From assembly GCA_041675085.1 (NCBI GenBank), contig JBAYUN010000001.1:170364-234363 (forward strand): DNA of 64,000 nt, read 5' to 3'. Positions 59,969 through 64,000 of the stretch are shown here, in pieces. This DNA comes from Minisyncoccota bacterium. Lineage in GTDB: Bacteria; Patescibacteriota; Minisyncoccia; Phycocordibacterales; UBA9973. Each line of letters starts with the position of its first letter. Position 1 is the first letter of the stretch. Both the position numbers and the translations under genes were made by a program. The notes under the pieces are model-generated. The model saw nothing but the letters and a program-made list of their open reading frames with translations, was not told the origin of the DNA and did no database searches.

Positions 59969-60388
59969 TTATTGTGGACAATCTACACCAGGAGATTCAA
60001 TACAAGGAATAGAGATTTCAGTATCAGCAACATCTAATCCAACGAAGTTTTTGATGAAGTTAACCAATCCCCAAACAGATACGATAACCATCAACGCAAT
60101 AAGACCGTTGATCATAGCACCCCTTCCTTCAGTCTTTGCATCTTCATCACGAGCAATAGCATAGTGAATAACACCCCAGATAAAGTAGATAACTGCAAGA
60201 GTTATTAATACTGGAATAACATTATTTAAAATTGTAGCAATTCTACAAAGTAGAACGTTGAAAGCGTTCGGGTCTGGAATAGCGAAACAACCAGTTGCTT
60301 GCGCAGAAGCTAGTTGAGGAGCAAGAAAAGTAGCGAACATAAACACAGAACTAACAATCAAACCTAAACTCATTAATTTTTTCTTCAT
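59969..60388 (-). CDS. VirB2/TrbC-like pilin
   Basis: Signal peptide ASAQ; FIWGVI.Y...DE...EGR..M..G.IAL.VIVSVWGLV. Confidence 0.8.
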   Translation of the reverse strand: MKKKLMSLGLIVSSVFMFATFLAPQLASAQATGCFAIPDPNAFNVLLCRIATILNNVIPVLITLAVIYFIWGVIHYAIARDEDAKTEGRGAMINGLIALMVIVSVWGLVNFIKNFVGLDVADTEISIPCIESPGVDCPQ

Positions 60389-60530
60389 ATTTATATTTTT
60401 ATTTATTATTCTGTATTTTGTAATACAGAAAGTTATTTTTAATAATTTATAATTTCTATTTGATTCGACCTTTTTATATTCCTAAAGATTAGGTTAATTA
60501 AATTATATCATACCTATATGTGAAATAAAG

Positions 60531-60920
60531 CTAATTTGTGAATACCTGTGGAATAATACTTATATTTAATCCAAAAGTTCCCCCGAGAATAGCTACCAAC
60601 CCCCAAACAGATACCATCACAGTCAGAGCAATAATCCCCCAAACCATGAATTGCTTGCCCTTTTCACGTTTACCTTCGTCGGCTTCGTTTAGGACGTATT
60701 GCATGACTCCATACAGAAATAGTACGAGAGCTAAAGCAAAAATAAAAGGTACTACAGCCGTATTAATAATACAGATCACATAGTCTACTAGATTATTAAA
60801 TTTAGGGTTTGCAGACAGATTACAACCACCTCCTGTACCTTGCGCATTAGCTAAATAGGGACTGAAAACAATCAGTGTAAAGAAGAGTACAAGGAATAAA
60901 TTTTTAAAAATATTTTTCAT
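60531..60920 (-). CDS. VirB2/TrbC-like pilin
   Basis: YGVMQYV...DEGKREKGKQFMVWGIIALTVMVSVWGLV. Confidence 0.8.
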   Translation of the reverse strand: MKNIFKNLFLVLFFTLIVFSPYLANAQGTGGGCNLSANPKFNNLVDYVICIINTAVVPFIFALALVLFLYGVMQYVLNEADEGKREKGKQFMVWGIIALTVMVSVWGLVAILGGTFGLNISIIPQVFTN

Positions 60921-60923
60921 AAA

Positions 60924-61454
60924 TTAATTTGGTGTTACTGAGGGTATTATCCTAGTATTGATACCAAAGGTCCCGCCAAGGAGATTTACCAACCCCCAAA
61001 CAGATACCATCACAGTCAGAGCAATAATCCCCCAAACCATGAATTGCTTTCCCTTTTCACGTTTACCTTCGTCGGCTTCGTTTAGGACGTATTGCATGAC
61101 TCCGTACACAAACATGACTAATGCTAGAGAGAATATCAAAGGAACTACTGACAGGTTTAAAATACAACTCGTATAGCTTATAACATCTTGGATTTTAGGA
61201 TTAGTAGCTAAAGAACAACCTACACCACCTCCTCCAGACCCAGACCCACTGCCTCCACCAGCACCTCCTCCTCCATTACCACTCCCGTTATCTCCTCCAT
61301 AATCACAACCTTGTGCTAACCACTGAGCACTACCTACTTCTAAATCAGCACATTGAGCTTGTGCAATATTTGGAGTTGTAGTTAGAAAGACTGAAAAAGA
61401 AAGGACGAACAACATTAACAAAGGTAACAAATTTTTTTTAAATATATTCTTCAT
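60924..61454 (-). CDS. VirB2/TrbC-like pilin with Gly-rich N-terminal region
   Basis: Same core as 60531-60920. Confidence 0.8.
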   Translation of the reverse strand: MKNIFKKNLLPLLMLFVLSFSVFLTTTPNIAQAQCADLEVGSAQWLAQGCDYGGDNGSGNGGGGAGGGSGSGSGGGGVGCSLATNPKIQDVISYTSCILNLSVVPLIFSLALVMFVYGVMQYVLNEADEGKREKGKQFMVWGIIALTVMVSVWGLVNLLGGTFGINTRIIPSVTPN

Positions 61455-61466
61455 AAATTTTAATTT

Positions 61467-61853
61467 TTATAATGATAAAACTGTCTCTGATATTAATTGT
61501 GCAATAGCCCAAGAACCCAAGAGTATAGCAGCTCCGATAACGGTATAAAGTAAAGCGTCCTTGGCTTCTTTGATCTTATCAGGCTTGCCTATAGCAGTCA
61601 CAAAAAGGAAACCAGAATATATAATAGCTATAGCTACTAGAGGGATACCTATTTTGATAATACCTTCGAGAATAGTCTTTACAAAATCTTGTACATTATT
61701 TGCCTTAATAGGATTATCAATAGTAACAGCAGCTGTAGGAGTATTAGGTCCAGATCCAGTTGATTGAGCTAAAGAAATAACAGGAGAGAAAACAATCAAA
61801 CCAAAAACCAAAACTAATAATATGCTTGCTAGATAATTCTTTTTAAAATTCAT
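61467..61853 (-). CDS. VirB2/TrbC-like pilin
   Basis: IDNPI...IIYSGFLFVTA.G.P.KI..AK..L.Y..IG. Confidence 0.8.
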   Translation of the reverse strand: MNFKKNYLASILLVLVFGLIVFSPVISLAQSTGSGPNTPTAAVTIDNPIKANNVQDFVKTILEGIIKIGIPLVAIAIIYSGFLFVTAIGKPDKIKEAKDALLYTVIGAAILLGSWAIAQLISETVLSL

Positions 61854-61871
61854 ATTAATATTATACATTAT

Positions 61872-62318
61872 TTAAAATCCAATCCAAGCACCATCATAAC
61901 CCAACACAGATAAAATAGTACTAATTATCAACCAACAAGCGGCTATGATGATAAGCCCCTTGGCTGTATTCCAAAATATACTTTTTGCTTTTTCTCTTTG
62001 GGAAGACTGACCTCCAGAAAAAAGAAGCAAGAATCCCGCATACGCGAAAGCAATAGCTGCCAGGGGTAAAGCAAGCACAGTAAGAATAAAATTGATAATT
62101 TTATTTATCATAAATAAAAAATAATTGAAATCGCAAGGATTAATAATTGCCCCATCTTTATCTTTGTCATTACCACAAGGAACTAACCCACCCAAAGAAC
62201 GACTAGTTGATGAAGTAGATTCGTCTTTTAGAGTACTTTGAGCAAATGCTAAAAATGGATTCATTAATAAAAATCCTACTACATACAAAGACACAAAAGT
62301 TTTTAAAAAAGTTTTCAT
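61872..62318 (-). CDS. VirB2/TrbC-like pilin
   Basis: GLVPCG...C.F; YAGF.L..SGG....KAK.IF....GL. Confidence 0.8.
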   Translation of the reverse strand: MKTFLKTFVSLYVVGFLLMNPFLAFAQSTLKDESTSSTSRSLGGLVPCGNDKDKDGAIINPCDFNYFLFMINKIINFILTVLALPLAAIAFAYAGFLLLFSGGQSSQREKAKSIFWNTAKGLIIIAACWLIISTILSVLGYDGAWIGF

Positions 62319-62325
62319 ATTTCTA

Positions 62326-63624
62326 TTATCTTGTATTAAATATTAAAGTATTAAGGCGATTATTGGCTGAAAATATAGCGTCTTGAGGCTTCTTTGCATT
62401 AGACAAGACTTCTTCTACCATAGCTCTAAAGACATTAGACGAATCAGAAGGTGAAGGATCTAACCAACTACGAGCAAACAAACTTGAAGAATAAAATACT
62501 GGGAAATAAGAATCTTTTCGAGCTTCTGCTAATAGATCACGACGTGCTGGAGGTACAAATTGAGAATTACTATACTCTTTTGCAAAATCACCAGAAGATA
62601 ATGCAGTCACAGCTGCTAGAGAGGCCGATAAATTTTTAGTAAATGATGATACTGCTATACCTGTCACTCTCGCAGAAGTGACTTTGTTATTAGTATTTCT
62701 TATTTGAGGTATGGTCGTTACTTGAAAATCTTGATTTGGATTTTTGTCTAACAAAGTTTTAAGGTCACTAGCAAAACCAAAATAGAAAACTAAATCTTCT
62801 TTGCTAAAAGCATCAATAGACATAGGCAAAGAACGGTTCCAAGAATAATTTGGTTTTAACGGGTTAGAGAAACTAGTATAAAAATCCAAGGACGAAGCTG
62901 TATTAGTATTGCTCTCGAGAGAGTTATCTAAACTTGACCTCAGTAATCCATTCTGCTCCCCTGTTATGGTACTTCCTGTTTGCATAAATAATGTAGCTAA
63001 AATATCTTTGGCATACGAAACATTGGCATATTGACCTAAAGCAAAAGCACTTTGAGTTATTTGTTGTGAGTCATCTTTCTTGGTGAAAGTATTTGAAAAA
63101 TCGTAAAATTCATCCCAATAAACAGGAGGATAGACTACATTATTTGAATCCAGCATAGACCTATTGTAATACATAACCATTGGATCGATAGAAATAGGAA
63201 AAGCTAATACACCCTTAACATTTAAGAAAACTTCACCAGCACCAACAAAAGTATTTTTGAAATTTATCAAAGGATAACTAGTATAGGGTATTGGATAAAT
63301 TTTATTCTGATATTTAAAAGCAAGATTATCAGGCAAAAAGAATAAATCTGGACCCTTACCTACAGCCATAGCTTCTAGTAATTCTTGATCAAAATTTTGA
63401 GGAATGATACTAACGTATTTTACATTGTAACTCTTGCCTTGATTAAATTTAATTAGTAAAGGATTTACAACGCTCGATGGCGCTGTACCCCACATAGTCA
63501 CAGTCCCAGTAGGACCGGTATTAACAGCTTTATTTTCAAGGTCGATAAATCCAGCAAAAACGAAAACACCCAAGACCCCTCCGAAACCCAACAAAGCTAT
63601 AATCACAAGTTTAAAATTATTCAT
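62326..63624 (-). CDS. Extracellular solute-binding protein (sugar-binding family 1-like)
   Basis: TMWG, GKGPDLF, FP..IDP..MYYN, W.EF. Confidence 0.8.
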   Translation of the reverse strand: MNNFKLVIIALLGFGGVLGVFVFAGFIDLENKAVNTGPTGTVTMWGTAPSSVVNPLLIKFNQGKSYNVKYVSIIPQNFDQELLEAMAVGKGPDLFFLPDNLAFKYQNKIYPIPYTSYPLINFKNTFVGAGEVFLNVKGVLAFPISIDPMVMYYNRSMLDSNNVVYPPVYWDEFYDFSNTFTKKDDSQQITQSAFALGQYANVSYAKDILATLFMQTGSTITGEQNGLLRSSLDNSLESNTNTASSLDFYTSFSNPLKPNYSWNRSLPMSIDAFSKEDLVFYFGFASDLKTLLDKNPNQDFQVTTIPQIRNTNNKVTSARVTGIAVSSFTKNLSASLAAVTALSSGDFAKEYSNSQFVPPARRDLLAEARKDSYFPVFYSSSLFARSWLDPSPSDSSNVFRAMVEEVLSNAKKPQDAIFSANNRLNTLIFNTR

Positions 63625-63625
63625 A

Positions 63626-64000
63626 TTATTTATTTTCTTTTATATCTTTAATAAAAATCATACCATAGTGATGATTTCCTGCTAAAATATCTCGCTCCCA
63701 CACAAGTCCTTTTTGCTCAAGCATTTTATGAGCATCATCTCTTTTGATAACTCTATGTTTATGCTTACCAAGTACAAGCGAGTCCATTTGTGGATCTATC
63801 AATAATAATTTTCCTCCAGGTTTTAAAATACGATAAGCCTCTTCTAAAAAATTATGCTTGTCTTCAATTTGAAAAAGTATATTAGAAGCTATAACCCTAT
63901 CGGCAATATTAGCACCCAGCTTGGTGCCATGTTTCTTTTCTATATCTCCATGAAAGCATTCTAGATTTGATAGATACGCGTCTTTAGCTTTATGACGAAT
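63626..64000 (-). CDS. Class I SAM-dependent methyltransferase (5' end outside window)
   Basis: Manual translation ...VIASNILFQIED...EAYRILKPGGKLLLIDP...AGNHHYGMIF...stop at 63626. Confidence 0.8.
   Translation of the reverse strand: MRHKAKDAYLSNLECFHGDIEKKHGTKLGANIADRVIASNILFQIEDKHNFLEEAYRILKPGGKLLLIDPQMDSLVLGKHKHRVIKRDDAHKMLEQKGLVWERDILAGNHHYGMIFIKDIKENK

Noticed and set aside
1482-62639. Numerous short antisense or overlapping ORFs in the track (e.g. 1482-1832, 18040-18821, 25762-26268, 30394-30852, 48344-49237)
   Set aside because: They are shadow frames of well-supported genes, with no independent motifs or expression signals.

Overview
AT-rich bacterial chromosome segment, standard genetic code. 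Gene content points to Patescibacteria/CPR (Parcubacteria-like): streamlined alaS/infB, many VirB2/TrbC-like pilins, two VirD4/TraD-like ATPases, a Cys-rich CxxC protein and a PaaX-like regulator. The backbone is housekeeping: parB, murA, miaA, engB, mscL, alr, ddl, dnaK/dnaJ/grpE/clpB, the infA-rpmJ-rpsM-rpsK-rpsD-rpoA-rplQ-rplM-rpsI block, alaS, mnmA, mltG, typA, iscS, infB, rbfA and 7 tRNAs. No rRNA, CRISPR array, integrase or transposase is visible. The most unusual signals are non-coding. (1) About 10 stand-alone orphan-gene units share one design: sigma70-like promoter, boxA-like motif, sometimes a long G:U-containing hairpin, ORF, then terminator; many housekeeping genes instead look leaderless. 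(2) A ~78-bp structured repeat lies 3' of consecutive genes next to tRNA-Trp, like a cassette array. (3) A 48-bp repeat precedes two tandem orphan genes. (4) Partial tRNA copies carry inserted hairpins. (5) Several palindromic elements are inserted in frame in essential genes. All counts were made by eye; protein calls rest on motif recognition, not database searches.
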